A DNA stretch of 64,000 nucleotides from contig DAOUEJ010000203.1 in assembly GCA_034430615.1 (NCBI GenBank), positions 1,575-65,574 of the forward strand. Reading direction: 5' to 3'. The notes beneath the pieces were generated by a model. It ran no database searches. It saw only the letters and a list, made by a program, of their open reading frames with translations, and was not told the DNA's origin. This document shows positions 30,999-39,800 of this stretch, in pieces (positions within the stretch are counted from its first letter, which is position 1; the number at the start of each line of letters is the position of its first letter). The position numbers and the translations under genes are program-made. The stretch is from Anaerolineales bacterium. GTDB taxonomy: Bacteria > Chloroflexota > Anaerolineae > Anaerolineales > E44-bin32.

Positions 30999-33070
30999 TC
31001 AATCCGTGGACGGTGGGAGACCAGACACGTGGACGGAATCCGATGCGCAGGGGAGCATGCCCAGTGAACGGAGACGGGTAAGGGCTCTGCTCGAGCGAGC
31101 AAGGCGAGGCAGGCGGATCACCATCTGGCCTGAAGCTTCGCAAAGAGTCGGAGAAGGTAGTTCGCGGGCATCTTCTTCATAGGGCAGATTATTCTGGCCG
31201 GGGGTTGGCCACAATCCATAGCGTAAATGGCCCGATCCATCCGGATAGCGACCATAGCTGAGGTTGTACGCCCGCACGCGCAGGTAGCTGATGGAGTCCA
31301 TGACGCGACCATCGGACGCAAGCAAGAGGACGGTATCTCCGCTGTCATTCAAAGCCAGGTGCGTGCGCGAGCGGAAGAAGACACGGTAGCCACCCGCCTC
31401 AATTGTGGTGGACCCAAGCACGTAAGGGGACGACCCGGCGCCAGGGATATCATCGAGCATCCAGCCCTTCAGGTTGACCGGACCCGGCCCGAGGTTGATC
31501 AGCTCGATGAATTCATCCCCTGTATCGATCCCACCCGCGCCCTCCCAATCATAATGGGGACGGATAAGGACCTCGTTGATGACGAGCTTGCCCGGGATCC
31601 AGGTCGGGGCCGGAGTGGGATAGACGATCGAATTTGGTCCGCGCGGTGTGCCCTGGATCGGTTCACCTTGTGCATCTTTCCCGAGGCTGTGATACCCGGT
31701 AAAGCTGGCCCACCCCGACGAACCATCAGTACTGTTCCTGCGTTCCATGCTTGCCCGGGACTGTGCGCTGCCTGCCGGCCAGCCTCCCCCGGCAAGGTTG
31801 GCGGTGTCGATCAAGCCCCCTGCTGCATCACGGAGGGTTAGTGTCTCACCAGAATTGGAGAGGGAGCCAGCGTAGATGAGATCGGCCTCGATATTTTGAA
31901 TGGTTGCTTCGTCGGTTCGTTCGAGCAGGTAGAAGCCTCCGGGAGGGAGTTCTCCGGGCAGGGCGATCATGATGTCACCCCCGTCTCTCAACTGCCAACC
32001 GTCGAGGACAACGGTGAACTCTCCGGTGTTATAGAGCTCAATCCACTCGTCGCTTGCGGAAGCATGTGTTCCCGCCCAGCCAACTTCGTTAATCCACACA
32101 GATCCTAGAGGGGGGGAGACGACCTCCGGGGTGGCGCTTGGCGCTGTCGCAGCCGTCAGGCTTGCTGTCGGGGTAACGCTATACATCGAGTTTGGTTTTC
32201 GCAGGGTTCCAGGAATGGGGTTACCGGCTGCATCATGAGCATTTCCACCGCTCCCAGAATAGGTTACCCAGTTTCCAGGGGAATCGTCACCGCCCCAGCG
32301 CTCCATGCTGGTACGCGAGGAAGCTTCGCCGGCCGGCCAATCGCCACCATTCCGATTGGCGCTATCGACGAGCGAACCTGCGGGATCGCGTAAGGCGAGC
32401 ATCTCGCCGCCGTTGTTCAATGCCCCGGTATAGAGGATGTCTCGGCCGTGACATCCCCCACGCTGCTGTCGTCGGTCCGTTCGAGCAGCACGTAGCCGTA
32501 AGGGGCGATCGCACCCCATACTGAGATGTTGATATCCCCCTCGTCGGTCAAGCGCCAGCCATCCAGCGCGACAGGTTCTGCGCTGGTGTTGTAGAGCTCG
32601 ATCCACTCATCATGGACCGAGGCGATTGTCCCGGCCCACCCCAGCTCATTAATCACCACCAGCCCAGCCGTAACCGTCAAGGCAGGGGGAGCAGGCGAAG
32701 GGCTGGGCGCAGGCGAAGGGCTGGCCAGTGCGGTCGAGGAAGGAGTTGCGCCGGGCGATTGTCCGGGCGAGGGCGATACCGACGGAGAAGCTTGGGTTGG
32801 TGAGGAGGACGGCGTGGGCGTTTCCGTGTCGGATGGCGTTATTGCTGGGATAGAGTCCAAGAGGGTTGCGCTTGGAGTAGAGGTTGGATCTTGGGTGAGC
32901 GATGGGATGGCAGTCGGGGATGGCATCTGGGTAGTGGGAAGAGGCTCCTGCATACGGCGTGCGGGGGAAACCAGATCCACAAAGCCTTGGCCGGGAGGGC
33001 TGGAGATGAGACTGGAAAGAAGAAGGAATCTAAAGAGAAAGAGGGCAAGCAGAGCCCGGGTCATGGTCAC
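30999..33070 (-). pseudogene. secreted protein with four tandem lamin-tail domains (LTD), reading frame broken near 32442
   Basis: Signal peptide plus a P/S/T-rich linker (ORF 32417..33070), then repeated INE(L/V)GWAG...DEWIELYN...L.GW.L.D...LLERTD...GE.L.LRD modules. The first module starts in one ORF (ending ...GDVTA) and continues in ORF 30999..32606 (DILYTGALNNGGEMLALRD). Confidence 0.75.
32691..32726. repeat. 2 x 18-nt tandem repeat inside the P/S-rich linker of the LTD gene
   Basis: GCAGGCGAAGGGCTGGGC followed by GCAGGCGAAGGGCTGGCC, encoding SPSPAP repeats on the minus strand. Confidence 0.8.
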
Positions 33071-33155
33071 CCCCTGTGACCCCGTGGTTCTCTAATGTAG
33101 TGTAGACTGACGACCGGGCAAAGTAAACGAGCGGAATGATCCTAGCCAGTTTGTG

Positions 33156-34721
33156 CTAGTCAACAGGAATCAGGCGCTCGAAGAGCTCCAGCGATGGAAA
33201 ATCTAGCGCAGCGCTTGGGGAAGCTTCGATGGCGCGCTCATCGACCCAACCGACCACTCCGCCGAAGTCAACCATCCACCAATAGGTATCTTTGGCCTGG
33301 ATACCGTTAAGGCCGTTATATTGGGGGAGGATCGAGCCGCTAGCTCCGGAGTCCACGGAGGCGATTGGCACATAGTTCGTGCCTGGCCCCAGCAGGACGT
33401 TCGTGGGGTAGATCGCTTGGACCCTACTCTCTCCCGAGAGTTTATCTGAGTACTCTGCGGGCTCAACAGCAACCATCATCCAACCGTTCGCGACGCCTCG
33501 CTCACGGCCATCAGACGGCTTGTTCTGGACGATGCCGTTGATCCACATCGTGGATGAGCCGCCGCCGTCGTAGTTGATCCCCCAGGATGCACCGAGCTTG
33601 TCTTTACAATAAAAACCTAACTCTGGCAGGGTCATCCCGATGCTGTAGGAGTCGACGCGGCCGTCGACGACGACAAAATATACAAACTCCTGGTTGAAGC
33701 AGATAGCAGTGCGAGGATGGCGCAGAAGAGCTCCGCGATTGTCTGTCTCCAGCACTCGTCCGTCTCTAAGGAAAACCAGGTCACCAGCGAGACTGGCGAA
33801 AGTTTTTGTCCAGGAATCCGGGTTGGGTGAGACGCAATCCTGCTGTAGGTGGGCCAGATCAAGCGAGATGCCTACTTTGTCACCAGCGGAGAAGGTCGAC
33901 AATTTCTCGGAAGCCTCTCCTGTCCAGGACGAGAGAACGATTTCGTTAAACATGATCGGGACAGGACCGAGATCTGTGCGAACCTGGCGAACAGTACCTT
34001 TTACGTAGCGGGGGTTCGGCAGCAAGCCACTGGGACGGAGCAGTTCAATCACGACTTCAACCTGCATATCACCCCCTGGGCTGAACGGTTGCGAGGCGGG
34101 GGTATAAAGGACGATCTCGTCACGCGGGCTGACATTGTTGATGTCATCAATCTCAAACCAGGATCCGGTCTCCAGGTTTGTAATACGCTGCGTCGAGTCT
34201 GGATGATAGACACACCCGCCAGCAAACAGGCTTCGGTCTTGGTTGAAAGCCAGCCCACTCAACCCATGCAAGTCATCATATTTCTTGACATACCAGCCCC
34301 CAGAGATCACGCCGCCGGTTGGTTCACTCGTTTCCATGTCATAGAAGGAGCCATTGATGGCAACGACGACCTTGCTCCGGGAGCCCCACGCCCCCCCCCA
34401 GGCGTTGAGTGACTGGTCGTAGCGATTCGCCATCCCTCGTACGGTTTCTAATCCGGCGCCCAGCAAGCCTTGGGCGAGGGAGCTGTCGATGATCAGGTTT
34501 TGATGGTCTAGATCCATCCGGGCCACGTAGGCCCGGACCGGACCAGGGAGGACAAAGCTGCGGTAATCGATGCCATCCGTGACCGTCGTCCAGGCGGGTG
34601 GGGCAGATGCGCTACTGCTGGCAAGCACCAGCAGAGTTAGCGCCAGGACGAGGGCAAGCCCGGGACGACGCCTGGGATACCTTCGGAGCAGGTTTTCTTG
34701 GAAGCGAGTTAAGACAGCCAC
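33156..34721 (-). CDS. phosphodiester glycosidase (DUF2233) family protein with C-terminal SH3b-like domain
   Basis: Signal anchor. AINGSFY, RTAICF...VVVDGR and INYDGGGSSTMW are typical of DUF2233. The C-terminus (...YWWMVDFGGVVGWVDERAI) is SH3b-like. Confidence 0.8.
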   Translation of the reverse strand: MAVLTRFQENLLRRYPRRRPGLALVLALTLLVLASSSASAPPAWTTVTDGIDYRSFVLPGPVRAYVARMDLDHQNLIIDSSLAQGLLGAGLETVRGMANRYDQSLNAWGGAWGSRSKVVVAINGSFYDMETSEPTGGVISGGWYVKKYDDLHGLSGLAFNQDRSLFAGGCVYHPDSTQRITNLETGSWFEIDDINNVSPRDEIVLYTPASQPFSPGGDMQVEVVIELLRPSGLLPNPRYVKGTVRQVRTDLGPVPIMFNEIVLSSWTGEASEKLSTFSAGDKVGISLDLAHLQQDCVSPNPDSWTKTFASLAGDLVFLRDGRVLETDNRGALLRHPRTAICFNQEFVYFVVVDGRVDSYSIGMTLPELGFYCKDKLGASWGINYDGGGSSTMWINGIVQNKPSDGRERGVANGWMMVAVEPAEYSDKLSGESRVQAIYPTNVLLGPGTNYVPIASVDSGASGSILPQYNGLNGIQAKDTYWWMVDFGGVVGWVDERAIEASPSAALDFPSLELFERLIPVD

Positions 34722-34843
34722 AGCCTCATGATAAGAGATGCGCCTAATCTTGTCGACAGGACTGGAGGGGGAGGGTGGCCGAGCGCCTCCTTAGTATAAT
34801 GAGCGTACATGGGTAAACCCGGCCAGCTTGAGAGGAGCATAAC

Positions 34844-35386
34844 ATGAAGCGCATGGATCGCGGTTCGCTAGCAGCGGCGTTATTCTTGATCAGCTTGGGA
34901 GCCATCTTCCTGCTCATCAACCTGCTCCCGGAGTTGTCCTTCACCCGGACATGGCCAGTGATCTTTCTGGCCGTGGCCGCTGCGTTCTTCCTTCCAGCAG
35001 TCATAGCCGAGGAAGCGCGTCGCGGCCTGGCGGCCCTGGCCATCCCCGGCTCGCTGTTTCTCGGTCTGGGCCTCATCTTCCTGTACAACACGCTCAGCGG
35101 GGATTGGGCAGCCTGGGCGTATGCCTGGATACTCATTCCCGCTTCGATTGGTCTTGGGCTGATCCTTTCCAGTTGGATCGGAGGATGGGGACAACCCGTG
35201 GCCGAAGTGGGCGTGTGGCTGATGGTCTTGAATGGTGCCGCATTTGGGTTATTCGCAACACTCTTCGGCACCGCATTCCTCAAGACCCTCGGTGCCGGGG
35301 CGTTGATTCTGGGGGGGTTGCTCATGCTGCTAAGGGCGTTCCGTAAAGGGATCGCTCCTCCACAGGATGAAGCGACTGAGAGATGA
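34844..35386 (+). CDS. polytopic membrane protein (LiaF/DUF5668-like N-terminus)
   Basis: 180 aa, 5-6 TM segments. RBS GAGAGGAG. The stop overlaps the next start (ATGA). Confidence 0.75.
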   Translation: MKRMDRGSLAAALFLISLGAIFLLINLLPELSFTRTWPVIFLAVAAAFFLPAVIAEEARRGLAALAIPGSLFLGLGLIFLYNTLSGDWAAWAYAWILIPASIGLGLILSSWIGGWGQPVAEVGVWLMVLNGAAFGLFATLFGTAFLKTLGAGALILGGLLMLLRAFRKGIAPPQDEATER

Positions 35387-36195
35387 GGAAGAGGACCCTC
35401 GCAGGGTTGCTCATCGCCTTAGCTCTTGCAGGCTGCTCTATATCTCCGGAAGCTGCCCGGGAAACGGCCCAGGCCGTCACGCAGACCCGTGGGGTACTTG
35501 ACTCGATCGCGGCCAGTACGCGGGCGGCCATGAGCCAACAAACGACAAAGGCTCCGCCGTCCTCAAGCCCATCAGCTCCCCTTGTTACCGCAACCGATTC
35601 GCGCAACCAAACAGCAGTGGAGAAGACTCCGACTGCCGCACAGGTATGGGTCGAGGTTCGCATCGACACGAACTGCAGGCTTGGGCCAGGGCTGGCATTC
35701 GAGATGGTTGGGGCGCTCTTCGTCGGAGAACGGACGATTGTTCTTCAACGCAGCTCGGTACCCGATTATTGGGTGGTCGAAAATCCAGATAGACCCGGCC
35801 ATACCTGTTATCTGTGGGGAAAATATGCTACGTTGGAGGGCGATATCGGATCCTTGCCGCTCGACATTCCCCCCACCGCTACCGCCCAACCCGCATCGAT
35901 CCTTGGCTGGGTCTATCTTGACCTGAACGAGAACGGCATACGCGATCCAGAAGAGACAGGACCAGGCCCAGAGGGGCTCCGGCTGTTACTTAAGATTGGT
36001 GCGTGCCCAGGAGAGGCGACCCTGCGGGTCGTCGACCCAAACGCCTACGGCCGGATCATGATCCAGCCCTTGTTGGCGGGTGTCTATTGCCTAGTCGCAG
36101 ACCCAGAAGCGACTACGCTCGAACCCGAGCAGCGCGAGATTCAACTTGGCCCCAACGAGCAACTGGACGAGGTCAACTTCCGTTTGCTGCCCTGA
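35383..36195 (+). CDS. lipoprotein with SH3b-like and SdrD-B/Cna-B-like segments
   Basis: Lipobox LALAGC. The segment VYLDLNENGIRDPEE resembles SD-repeat B-domain proteins. Confidence 0.7.
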   Translation: MRKRTLAGLLIALALAGCSISPEAARETAQAVTQTRGVLDSIAASTRAAMSQQTTKAPPSSSPSAPLVTATDSRNQTAVEKTPTAAQVWVEVRIDTNCRLGPGLAFEMVGALFVGERTIVLQRSSVPDYWVVENPDRPGHTCYLWGKYATLEGDIGSLPLDIPPTATAQPASILGWVYLDLNENGIRDPEETGPGPEGLRLLLKIGACPGEATLRVVDPNAYGRIMIQPLLAGVYCLVADPEATTLEPEQREIQLGPNEQLDEVNFRLLP

Positions 36196-36283
36196 TGCTT
36201 GAAAACGAAGCAGGGACCGGCAACCAGGTCCCTGCGCAAACCCAAAACCAGATCAGGCCAGCCACAGCCCATAGAATGCAAGC

Positions 36284-37495
36284 TCAGGGCGTGGCGGAGG
36301 GAGATGTTTCTGTCGTAATTGCTCCGCCACCGGCCTCGCTCAGTGTGGTCTCAGTCGGGACTGGTGTGGGTAGAGCTTCCGGGGTAGCCGGCATGCCAGC
36401 CAGCACCCAGCGTTCCCAGATATCGATCCAATCTGCGCGCAATTCCCTGGATGGCGGCATCGGTCCCCATTCGTCAGTTTCCTCGCGGTGGAGGGAGCGG
36501 ATCACGTTGCTGCCCAGATCACCGGCGATCAAGTTCGGGGCGTCATCCCCGCTTTTCAGAACATCTTCTAGACTCTCCATCAGGTAGTTGTTGTTCTTCT
36601 TTCCCGGCCGGTGACACGATAGGCAGCTGCGGCGGATGATTGGCTCGATGTGTACGCTGTAGGTTGGGATTTCGTCCGGTCCGAGTTCGGGCACGGCTCC
36701 AGCAGCCAGGGCTTCTGCCGGAATCTCAACCCGGTCGTCCCAGGTATAGCGCATAAACGTGACAATGGCATCGATCCCACCCCGATCAAGCTCGCCGCCG
36801 TAGGCCAGCCCAAGAGGAGGCATTCCCAGATCCTGCTGTCCGTAATCGATGATGTTGAAGATCGTCGAGTCTGTTCGGGTATAGATGAAATCGGGAGCAT
36901 TGAGTGGTGCGACGATCACCCCCTCCAGACCTTCTACAGTAGTGATTTCACCCCCCTCGCCTTCTCCACCATGACATTCGACGCACTGAATGCTGTACAG
37001 ATCCTGGCCAATCACAATTTGATCAATCACCGAACCAGCTGCGTTGAATTCCTCCTGTGGCGGGGTGCTGGCCGCAGCCAGGACAGTGAGCACAACCACG
37101 CCCACCATTGTTACGCCCATCACACCGAGGCCAAACTTGCGCTTGGACCAATGGCGGAACGGGCTGCGATCGTAAAAGGGTAGCAGCAGCAGCGCCAGGA
37201 CGGCCACGATGGGCACGATTGTAGTTCCCACCCATTCCAGGGATCCCGGGAAATACTTCAACAACTGGAACAGGAAGAGGAAATACCATTCTGGCCTGGG
37301 GATGTAATTGCTGTCGTTTGGATCGGCCGGGGGCTCGCCCTTGACGCCGATAAAGGTTGCCAGGCCGACCAGGAGCAGAAAAATGGCGAAGGACACGATC
37401 ATGTCTTTATAGATGATGTCCGGGAAGAACTTTACGCCGTGCTGTTTGGCGGCTTCGTAGCGTTCTCTGTAGGTTTGCTTAGGATCGGATTCCAC
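36284..37495 (-). CDS. cytochrome bc-complex subunit IV (cyt b C-terminal domain) fused to a two-CxxCH c-type cytochrome
   Basis: The PEWYFLFLFQLLK (PEWY Qo motif) region is followed by CVECH and CLSCH. A GTG at 37495 has AGGAG 8 nt upstream. The ORF-track extension to 37669 overlaps cyt b. Confidence 0.85.
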   Translation of the reverse strand: MESDPKQTYRERYEAAKQHGVKFFPDIIYKDMIVSFAIFLLLVGLATFIGVKGEPPADPNDSNYIPRPEWYFLFLFQLLKYFPGSLEWVGTTIVPIVAVLALLLLPFYDRSPFRHWSKRKFGLGVMGVTMVGVVVLTVLAAASTPPQEEFNAAGSVIDQIVIGQDLYSIQCVECHGGEGEGGEITTVEGLEGVIVAPLNAPDFIYTRTDSTIFNIIDYGQQDLGMPPLGLAYGGELDRGGIDAIVTFMRYTWDDRVEIPAEALAAGAVPELGPDEIPTYSVHIEPIIRRSCLSCHRPGKKNNNYLMESLEDVLKSGDDAPNLIAGDLGSNVIRSLHREETDEWGPMPPSRELRADWIDIWERWVLAGMPATPEALPTPVPTETTLSEAGGGAITTETSPSATP

Positions 37496-37505
37496 CGGGT
37501 CGCTC

Positions 37506-38165
37506 CTATTCGTCCTTGGAGGGGATGTGGCTGATCCCGAGACGGATAACGAGATAGAGATGCACACCAAGGATGCCGAAAAGTGAGGCAGGCAGCATCC
37601 AGATATGAGCGCTGAAGAACCGCACCAGTGTGAGCGTGCCGAGATCGCTGCCCCCGCGTAGAGCATCATTTACGTAAGGGCCTACAAATGGGATTGTCTC
37701 GGCGATCGAGGTGCCAACGGTCGTCGCCCAGTAGGCGCGCTGATTCCAAGGCAGCAGGTAGCCGGTAAAGCCCATACCTAAAGTGACCAGCAGGAGCAGC
37801 ACCCCGGTCAACCAGGTTACTTCACGCGGGTATTTGTACGCGCCATAGAAGAAGGTCCGCAGCATATGCAGGACAACCGTGATCACCATCAGGGTCGCCC
37901 CCCAGTGGTGGATACCCCGAATCAGCCACCCGAAGGCGACGTCGTTCATAATGTAGTTGATGCTATCGTAGGCTTGATCGGGGTGGGGAACGTAATATGC
38001 TGTGAGGAAGATCCCGGTGGCAGCCTGGAGGACGGCCAGGAAAAGAGTTGCGCTGCCAAGGGTAAAAGCCCAGTTGACCTTCGGAACCTTGCGGTCAAGA
38101 ACAGTATTGTAGATGCCGGTCAATCCGAGTCGCTCATCCAGCCAGGTCATAATACGGACTGCCAC
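37506..38165 (-). CDS. cytochrome b6-type (N-terminal four-helix) cytochrome b
   Basis: WLDERL...LQAATGIFLTAYYVP...RGIHHWGA...YLLPWNQRAYWAT, with the haem-ligand histidines in the expected helices. Confidence 0.9.
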   Translation of the reverse strand: MAVRIMTWLDERLGLTGIYNTVLDRKVPKVNWAFTLGSATLFLAVLQAATGIFLTAYYVPHPDQAYDSINYIMNDVAFGWLIRGIHHWGATLMVITVVLHMLRTFFYGAYKYPREVTWLTGVLLLLVTLGMGFTGYLLPWNQRAYWATTVGTSIAETIPFVGPYVNDALRGGSDLGTLTLVRFFSAHIWMLPASLFGILGVHLYLVIRLGISHIPSKDE

Positions 38166-38166
38166 G

Positions 38167-38667
38167 TTAAGCCTCCACCAGGTAGATCAACAGTGTCCCG
38201 TCTTCCACCTTGTAGTCGAAGCTGTCAAGCGGGCGCGGTTGTGGGCCAGAGATGATCGAGCCATCTTTGCCGAAGCGACCGTCATGACAGGGGCACACAT
38301 ACTCTCCCAGGTCCTGCTTGTAGGAGACCCGGCAGCTCAAATGAGTGCAGACATTGGAGAAAACAGCATAGCTATCGTCTGAATTATGGAGTACGTACAC
38401 CCCGTAGCTTTTGGCGGTGCGTTCCCAGCCAACCTGCGATGTACGGGTGAACGAAAAAAGACGGGGTTCGCCGATCACCAGATCTTCAACAAGGCCGAGT
38501 GGAACCCACTCCTCCTTCGATGAGCCGACGCCCTTCAATCCTGGCGAGAGGAGGTAGCCGATCGCAGGCAACCCGACAATCGCGGCGATGACGCCGCCCA
38601 GGATTCCTACTACGCCGGCGACGAACCCCCGACGCGAAAGCCCCGTTTCGGGGTTGGCATGCGCCAT
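38167..38667 (-). CDS. Rieske [2Fe-2S] subunit with Tat signal
   Basis: SRRGFVAG twin-arginine motif, plus CTHLSC and CPCHDGRF cluster boxes. The ATG at 38667 has GGAGG upstream; 38679 is the alternative start. Confidence 0.9.
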   Translation of the reverse strand: MAHANPETGLSRRGFVAGVVGILGGVIAAIVGLPAIGYLLSPGLKGVGSSKEEWVPLGLVEDLVIGEPRLFSFTRTSQVGWERTAKSYGVYVLHNSDDSYAVFSNVCTHLSCRVSYKQDLGEYVCPCHDGRFGKDGSIISGPQPRPLDSFDYKVEDGTLLIYLVEA

Positions 38668-38885
38668 GTCCACCTCCAAAATGAGTGCAAAGGGGCGATC
38701 CGGGCCGCCCCGCCATCGTTACTGCAGATCGTATATGCAGTATTCTACCCAACTTGGACTCAAACCAGAAGTGATCTACTTCACTATGGCTGAGATGCAA
38801 GATGTTTGTTCCCGGGAGCGGCCGAAGAGGAAGGTTAGCAGCCAATCCAGCAACAACCGGCGCTGTTCTGATCGTTGCTTCCACC

Positions 38886-38893
38886 TGTATAAT
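38886..38893 (+). promoter_or_regulatory. extended -10 promoter element TGTATAAT upstream of sdhC
   Basis: TGTATAAT lies 49 nt upstream of the sdhC ATG, with RBS GGGAGG at 38931-38936. No good -35 element. Confidence 0.35.
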
Positions 38894-38941
38894 TTAGACC
38901 TGCGTCAAGCACCGCTGCAGCAACGATCGTTGGGAGGCGTT

Positions 38942-39331
38942 ATGGAACTTAGCAGAAGGGTGAGCTTGATATCTGGCCTGCGCTACAAGGGCGGACAGGG
39001 AATGCTGAACTGGGCCCTGCACCGCATAACGGGTCTGGGCATCCTGCTCTTTGTTGGGACGCACGTTGTCGTTTCCTTCTTCGGACAGCAATTCGGTGAC
39101 GATTTGGCGTTTGCCATCAACGGCGTCTATGAATCCTGGCAGTTCCAGATCTTTGTCTATTTCTCGGTTTTGTTCCACGCCTTCAACGGGACACGTCTGG
39201 CGTTGATGGATTTGTTCCCGGCTTTGATTCGCTACCAGGTGGAACTCATCTGGCTCCAATGGCTGATGTTCGTCCCGGTGTATGCACTTCCCGTTTACAT
39301 CATGATCCAGTCCGCCTTGAGCGGGGTCTGA
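38942..39331 (+). CDS. sdhC: succinate dehydrogenase cytochrome b subunit
   Basis: First gene of the sdhCDAB-ordered operon. Three TM helices, with a His in LHRITGLGILLF. The ORF-track 5' extension was discarded. Confidence 0.8.
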   Translation: MELSRRVSLISGLRYKGGQGMLNWALHRITGLGILLFVGTHVVVSFFGQQFGDDLAFAINGVYESWQFQIFVYFSVLFHAFNGTRLALMDLFPALIRYQVELIWLQWLMFVPVYALPVYIMIQSALSGV

Positions 39332-39347
39332 GTCAAGGAGGATTGGC

Positions 39348-39770
39348 ATGAGATCACACCGAGCTGCTCGCCCCTCCGGGTCATTTGAATACGGGATGTG
39401 GTTGCTAACCCGCATCTCGGGATTGGCGCTGATGCTCTTTGGCGCGATCAGCCTGGGGATGGGTTTCATCCTCGGCGGACGCGAGTACCTGACGATGCCA
39501 GCCATGATCCGCTGGATGTTCTTTCCCAACCCGAATCACGTGATTAACAGCGACATCCCCGACGTTTCGCTGGGGTGGTCGAACGCCGTCTGGCAGATCT
39601 ACAGCATCTTGATGATCTTCCTGGCGTCGGTCCATGGTTTCAACGGTTTGCGCATGGTCGTGGAGGACTACACCGACCGTCCGCTGCTGATCACGTTTCT
39701 GCGCGGGCTGACGATTGTGCTCCTGCTCGGGGGCGTCATCGTCGCCATATATGTTGTTCTGGCATCCTGA
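39348..39770 (+). CDS. sdhD: succinate dehydrogenase membrane anchor subunit
   Basis: Position in the operon, three TM helices, AAGGAGGA RBS. Confidence 0.7.
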   Translation: MRSHRAARPSGSFEYGMWLLTRISGLALMLFGAISLGMGFILGGREYLTMPAMIRWMFFPNPNHVINSDIPDVSLGWSNAVWQIYSILMIFLASVHGFNGLRMVVEDYTDRPLLITFLRGLTIVLLLGGVIVAIYVVLAS

Positions 39771-39800
39771 TCGAGTCTGAGAATACGGAGAGTGCGCTCC

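Noticed and set aside
32691-32726. Tandem direct repeats that might have been a CRISPR or minisatellite
   Set aside because: There are only two 18-nt copies with no spacers, they lie inside a coding P/S-rich linker, and no cas genes are anywhere in the window.
34744-35325. 193-aa minus-strand ORF
   Set aside because: It is antisense to a clearly hydrophobic membrane-protein gene. It is Arg/Pro/Ala/Ser-rich and has no RBS.
36211-36234. Hairpin CAGGGACC-N8-GGTCCCTG between convergent genes, considered as a terminator
   Set aside because: The stem is short and there is no U-tract on either strand. It is noted but too weak to annotate.
38588-38941. 5' extension of the sdhC ORF, and the overlapping ORF 38486..38884
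   Set aside because: These cross the divergent promoter region and the Rieske gene start. The RBS-supported ATG at 38942 gives a normal-length SdhC.
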